A stretch of 64,000 nt of DNA from Escherichia phage vB_VIPECOOM01: the sequence record OQ721909. One strand, written 5' to 3'. The position numbers and the translations under genes are program-made. The notes under the pieces were generated by a model. The model made no database searches and was not told the origin of the DNA. It saw only the letters and a program-made list of their open reading frames with translations. How positions within the stretch are numbered: position 1 is the first letter of the stretch; the number at the start of each line of letters is the position of its first letter. Below are positions 46,720 through 58,377 of the stretch, in pieces.

Positions 46720-47579
46720 TTACACCGCCATTTTTCCTTTCAAGACACCATGGGACTGATAATCTTTGAGAACGAAATCTCGCGCTGTCATATATTCAGT
46801 TAACCAATACATTTGAGTTTCAGTATCGCATTGACTGAATCCATTAGGCCAATTAATACTGAGTTTGCACAGGTCCATAGGGGTTCTATTTAATATCTCT
46901 TTGCATTGCTCAATATGGTTAGAATAAATGTGTGTATTGCCGCCCGAGAATATCAAATCGCCCGGAACTAGTTCACACATGTCAGCAACAATATGTAAGA
47001 GAGCAGCATAGCTCGCGATGTTAAATGGAAGACCGAGGAAAACATCTACCGAGCGTTGATACCATTGGAGGTCAAGGTATCCGTTACGAACATTAAACTG
47101 ATAGAACATGTGACAAGGTGGTAATGCCATTTGCTTAAGTTCAGCTGGATTCCACGCTGACACAATTTGACGCCTATCGTTTGGAAATGTTTTAATACGA
47201 TTAACAACTTCTACAATTTGGTCTACACCGCCAAAATCACGCCATTGTTTTCCGTAAATTGGACCAAGTTCACCACTATGATATCCTAAATCTTTTGCTT
47301 GATTTTCGTAATTTTCATCCCAAATCGTTTTTCCAGCAATTAAAGATCCATGAGTACGTTTACGTAGATCATTTACGTTAGTACTTCCTGACAGAAACCA
47401 TAGTAACTCAGAAATACATGCATTCCAAGCGAGCTTCTTAGTCGTTACTGCAGGAAAACCTTTAGTTAAATCCCAGCGTAATTTAGTACCGAACAAAGCA
47501 ATTGTTCCTGTGCCTGTTCGGTCATCGGTTTCGTAGCCATTTTCTAGAATATCTTTAATTAAAAATTGGTATTGTTGCA

Positions 47580-47580
<1 letters not shown>
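46720..47580 (-). CDS. td: thymidylate synthase (uninterrupted)
   Basis: ORF-track start 47592 is TTG; ATG 47580 gives 286 aa 'MQQYQFLIKD...'; TS motifs 'LPPCH', 'DLQWYQRSVD'; no intron. Confidence 0.95.
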
Positions 47581-48605
<1,025 letters not shown>

Positions 48606-48609
<4 letters not shown>

Positions 48610-48965
48610 ATTATCTCCCATTGAAAAGGGCCAGGAACATATCCGCTAGAGTTAACCATTTTAACTAAAGTTGCCATTCCTCTATTAACTGCTTGTGCGA
48701 TTTCATCAAAAATTTTGTCACTACCACCGTAAAAGTCATTAAAAAATTCTAACGCGTTCTCCCGAACTTTTAATTTACGGCCGACAATTTCGCCTACAGT
48801 AAATTCTCTTCCGCAAAATCCAGTGTAAATTGTAATTACACCCGTTAACTGACTTTCACGGGAATTTATGTCGTGTGATAAATTAATAAAAGCCGTCCCA
48901 CGCGCGGTTTTAAGTTGGCAACGAATTTTTACTTGAGTAATTCCAGTTACATGAATGTCAGACAT
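48606..48965 (-). CDS. hypothetical protein
   Basis: 119 aa ORF with ATG. Confidence 0.5.
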
Positions 48966-48975
48966 AATATTTTCC

Positions 48976-49218
48976 TCAAACAGACTTTTTCACAATTTTC
49001 CAATCAGCTTTAAACTGATCAACGTCAGAATAGTAAATCCAGAATCCTGCGCTTTCTCCATCCTCATAAAGAGGGCATCCATCGCATTCATCTTCCCATC
49101 CCATATCACGTAAAAGATGTTCAGCTTTTTCAACAAGTTCAGAATCTTTACCAATGATATTAAAATACCATTTACCTCTAACTTCTGAATCTTTAATGCT
49201 CTGGCGTTGTAATCTCAT
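48976..49218 (-). CDS. hypothetical protein
   Basis: 80 aa; early promoter 49245-49273 upstream. Confidence 0.5.
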   Translation of the reverse strand: MRLQRQSIKDSEVRGKWYFNIIGKDSELVEKAEHLLRDMGWEDECDGCPLYEDGESAGFWIYYSDVDQFKADWKIVKKSV

Positions 49219-49244
49219 TTTATTCTCCTTAGTTGATAGGGTAA

Positions 49245-49273
49245 TAGTATCACACTACTACCCTGTTGTAAAC
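49245..49273 (-). promoter_or_regulatory. early promoter (GTTTAC -35)
   Basis: Minus-sense 'GTTTACaacagggtagtagtgtgatactatta'. Confidence 0.45.
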
Positions 49274-49659
49274 TACTTTTTGAAAGTTTTTCGCAAAAGT
49301 TCAATGATTTCATCTACATTGTTTTCGTCTACAATGCAGTGAATTTTTGTTACGCCAGAAATCTTGTCTTCGACTTCATCTTCTTCAGAAGTCGGTTCTT
49401 TATACTCGCGGAAACAATAAAACTCTTCTTCACTAAGTTCAAAATAATCATCACCCATACCATCATCATTATAGATTTCGCCATTAGCACAAATGATTTC
49501 AGTTACATAATCAAATCCATCTAAACTTGATATTGATTTAACTTCAAACCAACCACCATTTTCTTGAATGATGCCGACCATATTAGCATTTGATGAACTA
49601 ATATCAATGAAAGATTTAATACGATGTGGATTTAACTCATATTTTTTGCCAATTTCCAT
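49273..49659 (-). CDS. hypothetical acidic protein
   Basis: Start moved to ATG 49659 (GAGG SD); 128 aa. Confidence 0.5.
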   Translation of the reverse strand: MEIGKKYELNPHRIKSFIDISSSNANMVGIIQENGGWFEVKSISSLDGFDYVTEIICANGEIYNDDGMGDDYFELSEEEFYCFREYKEPTSEEDEVEDKISGVTKIHCIVDENNVDEIIELLRKTFKK

Positions 49660-49704
49660 TTTGATTTTCCTCATTTTGATAGGGGCTTGACAGCCCCTTG
49701 ATAA

Positions 49705-49931
49705 TTATTGTTCGATCAGTCCCATGTAAAATTCTGCGTCTTCAGCATCCATACCATCGCAATATTCATTAGCCATAAAGCGGGTGAGGTCTTCAAGAGG
49801 ACCTTCAATAACAATTTGAATGCTCCAAAACTTAGAATCTTGCACACTTGTGATACTAAGTTCAGGATAACGATTACGAATAATTTCTTCAATATATTCA
49901 AAATCAACGATGTCAATATCAACTTTAGCCA
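49705..49931 (-). CDS. hypothetical protein (frd.3-like)
   Basis: ATG 49931 with AAGAGG SD ('[13 protein letters not shown]...', 75 aa); the longer ORF-track version lacks an SD. Confidence 0.5.
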
Positions 49932-49976
49932 TATTGTTTTCCTCTTTAATCGTCAGCAGTATTGCCGATAGTTGTA

Positions 49977-50005
49977 TAGTACCATAGAAGAACAGGGATG
50001 TAAAC
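49977..50005 (-). promoter_or_regulatory. early promoter (GTTTAC -35) downstream of gene 32 terminator
   Basis: Minus-sense 'GTTTACatccctgttcttctatggtactata'. Confidence 0.45.
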
Positions 50006-50037
50006 CGTTTTGTGAAAAAAATTTTTGAAATAAAAAA

Positions 50038-50056
50038 GGGGACCTCTAGGGTCCCC
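50038..50056 (-). terminator. hairpin terminator after gene 32
   Basis: ggggacc-tctag-ggtcccc followed on minus strand by T-run. Confidence 0.7.
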
Positions 50057-50078
50057 AATTAATTAGTAATATAATCTA

Positions 50079-50987
50079 TTAAAGGTCATTCAAAAGGTCA
50101 TCCAGGTCCGTGTCATCAGCACTAGATGAACTGCCAGAGCTTGAGCTCATAAAATCATCTTCAGTTTTTGTTTTGAAGTCATCAACATTAAATGCATCCA
50201 AATCATCAGCAACTTTATCAGCTTTCTTAGCGGCAGTCGCTGCGGCACCACCCATAGCAGCAGTTCCCATAACTTGACTGAACTTAGTGCTCAATTCTTC
50301 AAACGATTTGAATTTATCTTTAGAAGTCATTTCAGAAAGGTCAACCATTTGTTCGAACAGTTCTTTCTGGAAAGATTCATCATCGATGTTTGGAATCGCA
50401 GATTGATTCAGGAATTTAGATTCGTCGTAGTTACTAAAACCAGAAACTTGTTTAACTTTCAGTACAAAGTTAGCACCTTCCCACGGACAAGTTACATCAA
50501 CCGGAGTTTCACCCATTTCAACATCAACTGCAATCATTGCATTGATTTTATCCCAGATTTTCTTACCGAAACGGTATTTAAATACTTTACCTTCATTTTC
50601 TGGAGCAGCTGGGTCTTTTACTACAAGAATGTTAGCCCAGTAAGAAGTTTTACGTTTAACAAGACCATACTCTTTATTGTCAGTGTTATACAAATCATTT
50701 TTACTGATGTACTGACATACTGGACAAGAATCGTAATCACCGTGGGTAGATGAACAGTTTTCAATATACCATTTACCATTTTTCTTGAAACCGTGATTTA
50801 CAAGAATTGCAAATGGTGCTTGTTCATCATTTTTAGACGGAAGAAAACGAATTACTGCTTGACCGTTACCCGCATTATCGAGTTTCAGTTTCCACTCGCC
50901 TTTATCTTCAGAAGAAAAACCACCTTTATTTCCAGCCAGTTTAGCCATTTGTGCAGCGAGTTCAGCAGTAGATTTACGTTTAAACAT
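50079..50987 (-). CDS. 32: single-stranded DNA-binding protein gp32
   Basis: 302 aa; zinc site '[14 protein letters not shown]'; acidic C-terminal tail; autoregulatory leader upstream. Confidence 0.97.
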   Translation of the reverse strand: MFKRKSTAELAAQMAKLAGNKGGFSSEDKGEWKLKLDNAGNGQAVIRFLPSKNDEQAPFAILVNHGFKKNGKWYIENCSSTHGDYDSCPVCQYISKNDLYNTDNKEYGLVKRKTSYWANILVVKDPAAPENEGKVFKYRFGKKIWDKINAMIAVDVEMGETPVDVTCPWEGANFVLKVKQVSGFSNYDESKFLNQSAIPNIDDESFQKELFEQMVDLSEMTSKDKFKSFEELSTKFSQVMGTAAMGGAAATAAKKADKVADDLDAFNVDDFKTKTEDDFMSSSSGSSSSADDTDLDDLLNDL

Positions 50988-51020
50988 TTTTATTTCCTTT
51001 TTAATTTAATTAACAGTTGG
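50988..51020 (-). promoter_or_regulatory. gene 32 translational operator (AU-rich leader)
   Basis: mRNA sense '...UUAAUUAAAUUAAAAAGGAAAUAAAAAUG', the classic gp32 autoregulatory site. Confidence 0.7.
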
Positions 51021-51061
51021 TGCTATGACGATGTATGACCTCATAGCTGGTCAGTGAGATA

Positions 51062-51086
51062 ATTATAATCTATTTATAATAAGCAA
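51062..51086 (-). promoter_or_regulatory. MotA-dependent middle promoter (gene 32)
   Basis: Minus-sense 'tTGCTTA', 12 nt, then 'TATAAT'; overlaps late promoter. Confidence 0.6.
51071..51078 (-). promoter_or_regulatory. late promoter TATAAATA (gene 32)
   Basis: Minus-sense TATAAATA about 85 nt upstream of gene 32 ATG. Confidence 0.55.
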
Positions 51087-51740
51087 TTAGTACTTACAAG
51101 ATTTCACAGTTTCAATGAAAACATTTTTAGCTTTCTGTGAATCAATATTTAAAATTTTTCTATAAGCCTTTAACTTTATAGAATAATTATTCCAGACTAA
51201 ATTATCAGTCTGTTCATCATGTTTATCGATTATATTTAAAAACGAATCAAGCAAGATAAACGTCTCAAACGAAATTATATTCGATTGAAGTAGTTTAAAA
51301 ATATAACTTGATTGAACTTTTGGATTATATTCAAAAATTTCTTTAAAAGCAGAAACTTCAACTTTTTTACTAAAATAATAAATGTTGCGAATATCTTCTT
51401 CAAACTTAAATTTAATTTGCTTTAAGCGTCCGATATATTCACGATAAAACACAAGTGCATCAGCGTCAGAGATGTCACCAATCCAAGCATCCTGGTTAGC
51501 AACAAGATTGCTTATAAAGATTAAAGCAAGTTCCTTTAATTTATATTTTTCTGATAACTTCTGGAAAAAATACTTATCCCTTCGCTTTTGATAAGCGGCA
51601 TCAGACACCCGCATGCACCAATTATACTTAATTACATCATACTTTCCATTCATATGTTGTTTTATCATTAAGTATAATTTATAAACTGATTTACCATCAA
51701 TGTATCTTTCACCACCAGCAGGCATGCGGAGTTTAATCAT
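51087..51740 (-). CDS. 59: helicase loader gp59
   Basis: 217 aa as T4 gp59; syntenic. Confidence 0.9.
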   Translation of the reverse strand: MIKLRMPAGGERYIDGKSVYKLYLMIKQHMNGKYDVIKYNWCMRVSDAAYQKRRDKYFFQKLSEKYKLKELALIFISNLVANQDAWIGDISDADALVFYREYIGRLKQIKFKFEEDIRNIYYFSKKVEVSAFKEIFEYNPKVQSSYIFKLLQSNIISFETFILLDSFLNIIDKHDEQTDNLVWNNYSIKLKAYRKILNIDSQKAKNVFIETVKSCKY

Positions 51741-52075
51741 AGTAGAAAATCTAATGTATTAGTTTTTTCACAGCGAACAACAGAAGGACGTAAAAGATTT
51801 TCGTCAATAGCTTCTGACTGAATTTTTTCAATTATACCCGAAGGAATAAATTTAGCAAATTGAGTTTCAGGAATAGAATTTTCTTCCAAGAATGCTGTTG
51901 TAGCTTCAAGATAACTCATTCCAAACTCTTCTACCATTTTTTCAATAATAAATCCATTTTCTTGACGATCAAGAAGCTTTGCAATTTCATCCTTTTCTTT
52001 CTTAATTGAAAGTTCTTTTTCTGAAAGACCGGTCTCATCGACCGGACGAATATCATTTAGAGAAAACTGTGTCAT
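51737..52075 (-). CDS. 33: late transcription co-activator gp33
   Basis: ATG 52075 gives 112 aa 'MTQFSLNDIRPVDE...' as T4 gp33. Confidence 0.85.
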   Translation of the reverse strand: MTQFSLNDIRPVDETGLSEKELSIKKEKDEIAKLLDRQENGFIIEKMVEEFGMSYLEATTAFLEENSIPETQFAKFIPSGIIEKIQSEAIDENLLRPSVVRCEKTNTLDFLL

Positions 52076-52322
52076 AAAGTTCAACTACCTCTTCGGTTTC
52101 AGCTTCAAACACATCACGGTTATCTTTATGATACAAAGCTAAAAGACGATTAAACATCTTACCATCAACGCCAAGTTCATCTTTGGCACGAATTCGAATA
52201 TCTTTAATTAATTCATTATAACCGGAAATTTTCAGTTTATGATCAGATGCTTCTTTGATAAATTTAGCTAAGTCTTCGCCATGGATAGCTTCATCAAATT
52301 CAACCATTTCTTTTTTAGCCAT
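52053..52322 (-). CDS. dsbA: DsbA dsDNA-binding late transcription enhancer
   Basis: 89 aa; syntenic between rnh and 33. Confidence 0.85.
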   Translation of the reverse strand: MAKKEMVEFDEAIHGEDLAKFIKEASDHKLKISGYNELIKDIRIRAKDELGVDGKMFNRLLALYHKDNRDVFEAETEEVVELYDTVFSK

Positions 52323-52330
52323 TATTCACC

Positions 52331-53248
52331 TCAAAATTCATTAATGCTATTAGTTAATTTAGAAAGACCCGCTTTTACAAAATATGAATAAATTTTGCCA
52401 CGCGGTGGTAATTTATATGAATTATAGTAATTCACAATGTTTGAAGCAATATTATCAGGAATATAATCAAAGTCAATTAGAACTAAATTTTCTTTATATC
52501 GATTATATTCAGATTCAGTGAGAAGCACCTTAGCTTGCTCACGGTCATTAGCAATAGCTTCAACAATAGATGTTTTCATTGAAGGAGTTCGTTCACCTTC
52601 AACTCTGGTAAACCAAAAGTCAGATCGTACTTTAACTGAAGCAACGTTATCCTTTTTGTCGCCTTTAAGGATTTTAGTCATACAGTCAATTTCAGCAGAA
52701 CCACTTTTAATTTTAACCCATTTCTTATGCATCGGTGACCATTGCTTAACATTTGGGTATTTGTGAAGTTGAGTAAAGTCACCATCCGATGAAATGATTA
52801 AAATCTTGTGTCCTTCTAAAGAGAACTTTTTAACAAGAACAGCAACGTGGTCATCTGCTTCATACTTATCAATATCCATAACAATGTATGGCATATAAGC
52901 TTTCAATTCATCTATAACTTTATGACTGGATTCAAAATAACCTTCCCAGTCCCAAGTAGATTCTTCTCGCGCTTTTCCACGGTTTTTCTTATAGTAATAA
53001 GCGAAATCACGACGCCAATATCCGGATTTTGCGTTATCGATACACAACACAATTTTAGTGTATCCAAGAGTTTTTGCTTTTTTGACATTAAACTTAATTG
53101 AGTTCAATATCAAATGACGAACCATTGATAAATTAATTTTTTCTTTATCTGGGAAGTTTACTAGAGCAGTCGAAAGTGCAATTTGACTAAAGTCAATTAA
53201 GCAAATTCCTTCTTTGTAATCTTCATCCAGCATCATTTCTAAATCCAT
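52331..53248 (-). CDS. rnh: RNase H (5'-3' exonuclease/FEN)
   Basis: ORF-track start is TTG; ATG 53248 gives 305 aa 'MDLEMMLDEDYKEGICLIDF...' as T4 RNase H. Confidence 0.95.
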   Translation of the reverse strand: MDLEMMLDEDYKEGICLIDFSQIALSTALVNFPDKEKINLSMVRHLILNSIKFNVKKAKTLGYTKIVLCIDNAKSGYWRRDFAYYYKKNRGKAREESTWDWEGYFESSHKVIDELKAYMPYIVMDIDKYEADDHVAVLVKKFSLEGHKILIISSDGDFTQLHKYPNVKQWSPMHKKWVKIKSGSAEIDCMTKILKGDKKDNVASVKVRSDFWFTRVEGERTPSMKTSIVEAIANDREQAKVLLTESEYNRYKENLVLIDFDYIPDNIASNIVNYYNSYKLPPRGKIYSYFVKAGLSKLTNSINEF

Positions 53249-53310
53249 ATGAACCTCGTTCAATTAGTGAGATTTCTATTATATACTATCCAAATCTTAA
53301 AGTAAACAAG

Positions 53311-53318
53311 TATAAATA
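53311..53318 (+). promoter_or_regulatory. late promoter TATAAATA (gene 34)
   Basis: Exact TATAAATA 35 nt upstream of ATG. Confidence 0.7.
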
Positions 53319-53352
53319 CTTATTATTGAAAACACAATAGGAGCCCGGGAGA

Positions 53353-56300
53353 ATGGCCGAGATTAAAAGAAAGTTCAGAGCAGAAGACGGTCTGGACGCA
53401 GGTGGCGATAAAATAATCAACGTAGCTTTAGCTGATCGTACCGTAGGAACTGACGGTGTTAACGTTGATTACTTAATTCAAGAAAACACAGTTCAACAAT
53501 ATGATCCAACTCGTGGATATTTAAAAGATTTTGTAATCATTTATAATAATCGTTTTTGGGCAGCAACGGATAATATTCCAAAACCTGCTGGAAGTTTTAA
53601 TAGAATTCGTTGGAAAGCATTACGTACTGATGCCGTATATACAACCGTATCATCTGGACCATATCAATTAAAATCCGGAGAAGCAATTTCAGTAGATACA
53701 TCAGTTGGTAATGACATTGAGTTTAATTTACCACCTTCTCCGCTTGATGGAGAAACCGTAATAATTCAAGATATTGGTGGAAAACCTGGTATAAATCAGG
53801 TTAAAATAAATTCTTCAAATCAGAGTATTGTTAATTTTAGAGGTGAACAAGTACGTTCAGTTCTAATGACTCATCCAAAGTCACAGATGATATTCATTTT
53901 TAATAATCGTTTGTGGCAAATGTATGTTGCTGATTATAGCAGAGAAGCTGCGATTGTTACTCCATCGACTGCATATCAAGCACAATCTAATGATTTTATC
54001 GTGCGTAGATTTACTTCCGCTGCGCCGATTAATATTAAACTTCCGAGATTTGCTAATCATGGCGATATTATTAATTTCGTTGATTTAGATAAATTAAATC
54101 CACTTTATCATACAATTGTCACAACATATGATGAAACAACTTCAGTACAAGAAGTTGGAACTCATTCTATTGAAGGCCGTACATCGATTGACGGTTTCTT
54201 GATGTTTGATGATAATGAAAAATTATGGAGATTGTTTGACGGGGATAGTAAAGCACGTTTACGCATTATAACGACTAATTCAAACATTCGTCCAAATGAA
54301 GAAGTTATGGTATTTGGTGCGAATAATGGAACAACTCAAACAATTGAGCTTCAGCTTCCAACTAATATTTCTGTTGGTGATACTGTTAAAATTTCCATGA
54401 ATTACATGAGAAAAGGACAAACAGTTAAAATCAAAGCTGCTGGTGAAGATAAAATTGCTTCTTCAGTTCAATTGCTGCAATTCCCAAAACGCTCAGAATA
54501 TCCACCTGAAGCTGAATGGGTGACTGTTCAAGAATTAGTTTTTAACGGTGAAACTAATTATGTTCCAGTTTTACAACTTGCTTATATAGAAGATTCTGAC
54601 GGAAAATACTGGGTTGTACAGCAAAACGTTCCAACTGTTGAAAGAGTCGATTCTTTAAATAATTCTACTAGAGCAAGATTAGGCGTAATTGCTTTAGCTA
54701 CACAAGCCCAAGCTAACGTCGATTTAGAAAATTCTCCACAAAAAGAATTAGCAATTACTCCAGAAACATTAGCTAACCGTACTGCTACAGAAACTCGCAG
54801 AGGTATCGCAAGAATAGCAACTACTGCTCAAGTAAATCAGAACACTACATTCTCTTTTGCTGATGACCTTATCATCACTCCTAAAAAGCTGAATGAAAGA
54901 ACTGCTACAGAAACTCGCAGAGGTGTTGCTGAAATTGCTACGCAGCAGGAAACTAATACAGGTACTGATGATACTACAATCATCACTCCTAAAAAGCTTC
55001 AAGCTCGTCAAGGTTCTGAAACATTATCGGGTATTGTAACTTTTGTATCTACCGCAGGAGCTACTCCAGCTTCTAGTCGTGAATTAAATGGTACAAATGT
55101 TTATAATAAAAATACTAATAATTTAGTTGTTTCGCCTAAAGCTTTGGATCAGTATAAAGCTACTCCAACACAGCAAGGTGCAGTAATTTTAGCAGTTGAA
55201 AGTGAAGTAATTGCTGGACAAAGCCAAGAAGGATGGGCAAATGCGGTTGTAACGCCAGAAACGTTACATAAAAAGACATCAACTGATGGAAGAATTGGTT
55301 TAATTGAGATTGCTACGCAAAGCGAAGTTAATACAGGAACTGATTATACTCGTGCAGTCACTCCTAAAACTTTAAATGACCGTAAAGCAACTGAAAGTTT
55401 AAGTGGTATAGCTGAAATTGCTACACAAGTTGAATTCGACGCAGGTGTCGACGATACTCGTATCTCTACACCATTAAAAATTAAAACCAGATTTAATAGT
55501 ACTGATCGTACTTCTGTTGTTGCTCTATCTGGATTAGTTGAATCAGGAACTCTCTGGGACCATTATACCCTTAATATTCTTGAAGCAAATGAGACACAAC
55601 GTGGTACACTTCGTGTAGCTACACAAGTTGAAGCTGCTGCAGGAACATTGGATAATGTTCTAATAACTCCTAAAAAGCTTTTAGGTACTAAATCTACTGA
55701 AGCGCAGGAAGGTGTTATTAAAGTTGCAACTCGGTCTGAAACTGTAGCTGGAACGTCAGCAAATACTGCTGTATCTCCAAAAAATTTAAAATGGATTGTG
55801 CAGAGTGAACCTACTTGGGCAGCTACTACTGCGATAAGAGGTTTTGTTAAAACCTCATCCGGTTCAATTACATTCGTTGGTAATGATACAGCTGGTTCTA
55901 CGCAGGACTTAGAACTATATGAGAAAAATAACTATGCAGTATCACCATATGAATTAAACCGCGTATTAGCAAATTATTTGCCGTTAAAAGCAAAAGCTGT
56001 AGATAGTAATTTATTAGATGGTTTAGATTCACTCCAGTTCATTCGTAGGGATATTGCGCAGACGGTTAATGGTTCACTAACCTTAACGCAACAAACGAAT
56101 CTGAGTGCCCCTCTTGTATCATCTAGTACTGCTACGTTTGGTGGATCAGTTTCGGCAAATAGTACATTAACTATTTCTAATACTGGAACGGCAACTCGTC
56201 TGATTTTTGAAAAAGGGCCTCAAACTGGGACGAACCCAGCTCAAACGATGACAGTCAGAGTGTGGGGAAATCAATTCAGCAGTGAATCGGACACAACACG

Positions 56301-57222
56301 TTCTACTGTATTTGAAGTTAGTGATGAAACGTCTAGTCACTTTTATTCTCAGCGCAATAAAGCTGGTAATATAACATTTAATATAAACGGTACAGTAACG
56401 CCGATAAATGTGAATGCTTCAGGAACATTGAATGCGAATGGCGTTGCAACATTCGGTAGTTCAGTTACTGCTAATGGCGAATTTATCAGTAAATCATCGA
56501 ATGCTTTTAGAGCAATAAACGGTGATTATGGATTCTTTATTCGTAATGATGGTGCTAACACCTATTTTATGCTTACTGCATCTGGTGATCAGACCGGTGA
56601 ATTTAATGGATTACGTCCTTTATCTATTAATAATGCATCTGGTCAAGTAACGATTGGTGAAAGCTTAATCATTGCCAAAGGTGCTACTATAAATTCAGGC
56701 GGTTTGACTGTTAACTCGAGAATTCGTTCTCAGGGTACTAAAACATCTGATTTATACACCCGTGCCCCAACATCTGATACTGTAGGATTCTGGTCAATAG
56801 ATATTAACGATTCAGCCACTTATAACCAGTTCCCGGGTTATTTTAAAATGGTTGAAAAAACTAATGAAGTGACTGGACTTCCATACTTAGAACGTGGCGA
56901 AGAAGTTAAATCTCCCGGTACATTGACTCAGTTTGGTAACACACTTGATTCGCTTTACCAAGATTGGATTACTTATCCAACTACCCCAGAAGCGCGCACC
57001 ACTCGCTGGACACGCACATGGCAGAAAACCAAAAACTCTTGGTCAAGTTTTGTTCAGGTATTTGATGGGGGTAACCCTCCTCAACCTTCGGATATAGGAG
57101 CGATCCCATCTGATAACGGAATAATAGGTAATCTTACTATTCGTGATTTCTTGCGAATTGGTAATGTTCGCATTATTCCTGACCCAGTGAATAAAACTGT
57201 TAAATTTGAGTGGATTGAGTAA
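53353..57222 (+). CDS. 34: long tail fibre proximal subunit gp34
   Basis: 1289 aa as T4 gp34; late promoter upstream; internal tandem modules of about 40 aa. Confidence 0.95.
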   Translation: MAEIKRKFRAEDGLDAGGDKIINVALADRTVGTDGVNVDYLIQENTVQQYDPTRGYLKDFVIIYNNRFWAATDNIPKPAGSFNRIRWKALRTDAVYTTVSSGPYQLKSGEAISVDTSVGNDIEFNLPPSPLDGETVIIQDIGGKPGINQVKINSSNQSIVNFRGEQVRSVLMTHPKSQMIFIFNNRLWQMYVADYSREAAIVTPSTAYQAQSNDFIVRRFTSAAPINIKLPRFANHGDIINFVDLDKLNPLYHTIVTTYDETTSVQEVGTHSIEGRTSIDGFLMFDDNEKLWRLFDGDSKARLRIITTNSNIRPNEEVMVFGANNGTTQTIELQLPTNISVGDTVKISMNYMRKGQTVKIKAAGEDKIASSVQLLQFPKRSEYPPEAEWVTVQELVFNGETNYVPVLQLAYIEDSDGKYWVVQQNVPTVERVDSLNNSTRARLGVIALATQAQANVDLENSPQKELAITPETLANRTATETRRGIARIATTAQVNQNTTFSFADDLIITPKKLNERTATETRRGVAEIATQQETNTGTDDTTIITPKKLQARQGSETLSGIVTFVSTAGATPASSRELNGTNVYNKNTNNLVVSPKALDQYKATPTQQGAVILAVESEVIAGQSQEGWANAVVTPETLHKKTSTDGRIGLIEIATQSEVNTGTDYTRAVTPKTLNDRKATESLSGIAEIATQVEFDAGVDDTRISTPLKIKTRFNSTDRTSVVALSGLVESGTLWDHYTLNILEANETQRGTLRVATQVEAAAGTLDNVLITPKKLLGTKSTEAQEGVIKVATRSETVAGTSANTAVSPKNLKWIVQSEPTWAATTAIRGFVKTSSGSITFVGNDTAGSTQDLELYEKNNYAVSPYELNRVLANYLPLKAKAVDSNLLDGLDSLQFIRRDIAQTVNGSLTLTQQTNLSAPLVSSSTATFGGSVSANSTLTISNTGTATRLIFEKGPQTGTNPAQTMTVRVWGNQFSSESDTTRSTVFEVSDETSSHFYSQRNKAGNITFNINGTVTPINVNASGTLNANGVATFGSSVTANGEFISKSSNAFRAINGDYGFFIRNDGANTYFMLTASGDQTGEFNGLRPLSINNASGQVTIGESLIIAKGATINSGGLTVNSRIRSQGTKTSDLYTRAPTSDTVGFWSIDINDSATYNQFPGYFKMVEKTNEVTGLPYLERGEEVKSPGTLTQFGNTLDSLYQDWITYPTTPEARTTRWTRTWQKTKNSWSSFVQVFDGGNPPQPSDIGAIPSDNGIIGNLTIRDFLRIGNVRIIPDPVNKTVKFEWIE
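54760..55800 (+). repeat. in-frame tandem modules of about 40 aa inside gene 34
   Basis: About 8 modules with consensus '..TE..G...IAT..E.N.GTDDT..ITPKKL..R'; identical 24-mers at 54781-54804 and 54901-54924. Confidence 0.7.
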
Positions 57223-57230
57223 GAGGTATT

Positions 57231-58346
57231 ATGGAAAAATTTATGGCAGAGTTTGGACAAGGATACGTCCAAACGCCATTTTTATCGGAAAGTAATTCAG
57301 TAAGATATAAAATAAGTATAGCGGGTTCTTGCCCGCTTTCTACAGCAGGACCGTATGTTAAATTTCAGGATAATCCTGTCGGAAATCAAACATTTAGCGC
57401 AGGTCTTCATTTAAGAGTTTTTGACCCTTCAACAGGAGCATTAGTTGATAGTAAGTCATATGCTTTTTCTACTTCAAATAATACTACATCAGCTGCTTTT
57501 GTTAGTTTCATGAATTCTTTGTCAAACAATAGACTTGTTGCTATATTAACTAGCGGAAAGGTTAATTTTCCTCCTGAAGTGATATCTTGGTTAAGGGGAG
57601 CAGGAACTTCAGTTTTTCCATCAGATTCAGTATTGTCAAGATTTGACGTATCATATGCTGCTTTTTATACTTCTTCTAAAAGAGCTATTGCATTAGAGCA
57701 TGTTAAACTAAGTAATAGAAAAAGCACAGATGATTATCAAACTATTTTAGATGTTGTATTTGATAGTTTAGAAGACGTCGGAGCTACGGGATTTCCTAAA
57801 AGAACATATGAAAGTGTCGAGCAATTTATGTCAGCGGTTGGTGGAACTAATAACGAAATTGCGCGATTGCCAACTTCAGCTGCTATAAGTAAACTATCTG
57901 ATTATAATTTAATTCCTGGCGATGTTCTTTATCTTAAAGCACAGTTATATGCTGATGCTGATTTACTTGATCTTGGAACTACAAACATATCCATTCGTTT
58001 TTATGATGCATCAAATGGATATATTTCCTCTACCCAAGCTGAGTTTACTGGGCAAGCTGGGTCTTGGGAATTAAAGGAAGATTATGTAGTTGTTCCTGAA
58101 AATGCAGTCGGATTTACTATATATGCGCAGAGAACTGCTCAAGCTGGTCAAGGCGGAATGAGGAATTTAAGCTTTTCTGAAGTATCAAGAAATGGCGGCA
58201 TTTCAAAACCTGCCGAATTTGGCGTCAACGGTATTCGTGTTAATTATATCTGTGAATCGGCTTCACCTCCAGATATAATGGTACTTCCTACACAAGCCTC
58301 TTCTAAAACTGGCAAAGTGTTTGGGCAAGAATTTAGAGAAGTTTAA
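57231..58346 (+). CDS. 35: long tail fibre hinge protein gp35
   Basis: 371 aa; syntenic. Confidence 0.9.
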   Translation: MEKFMAEFGQGYVQTPFLSESNSVRYKISIAGSCPLSTAGPYVKFQDNPVGNQTFSAGLHLRVFDPSTGALVDSKSYAFSTSNNTTSAAFVSFMNSLSNNRLVAILTSGKVNFPPEVISWLRGAGTSVFPSDSVLSRFDVSYAAFYTSSKRAIALEHVKLSNRKSTDDYQTILDVVFDSLEDVGATGFPKRTYESVEQFMSAVGGTNNEIARLPTSAAISKLSDYNLIPGDVLYLKAQLYADADLLDLGTTNISIRFYDASNGYISSTQAEFTGQAGSWELKEDYVVVPENAVGFTIYAQRTAQAGQGGMRNLSFSEVSRNGGISKPAEFGVNGIRVNYICESASPPDIMVLPTQASSKTGKVFGQEFREV

Positions 58347-58351
58347 ACTGA

Positions 58352-58369
58352 GGGAGCCTTCGGGTTCCC
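58352..58369 (+). terminator. UUCG-tetraloop terminator after gene 35
   Basis: gggagcc-ttcg-ggttccc then 'ttttt'. Confidence 0.75.
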
Positions 58370-58377
58370 TTTTTCTT

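Noticed and set aside
50274-50753. 159-aa plus-strand ORF
   Set aside because: Entirely inside gene 32 on the opposite strand; no promoter or SD; gene 32 is certain
54769-55011. 80-aa minus ORF with repeated 'LFRSDD'
   Set aside because: Antisense of the duplicated gp34 module; repeats mirror the sense-strand duplication
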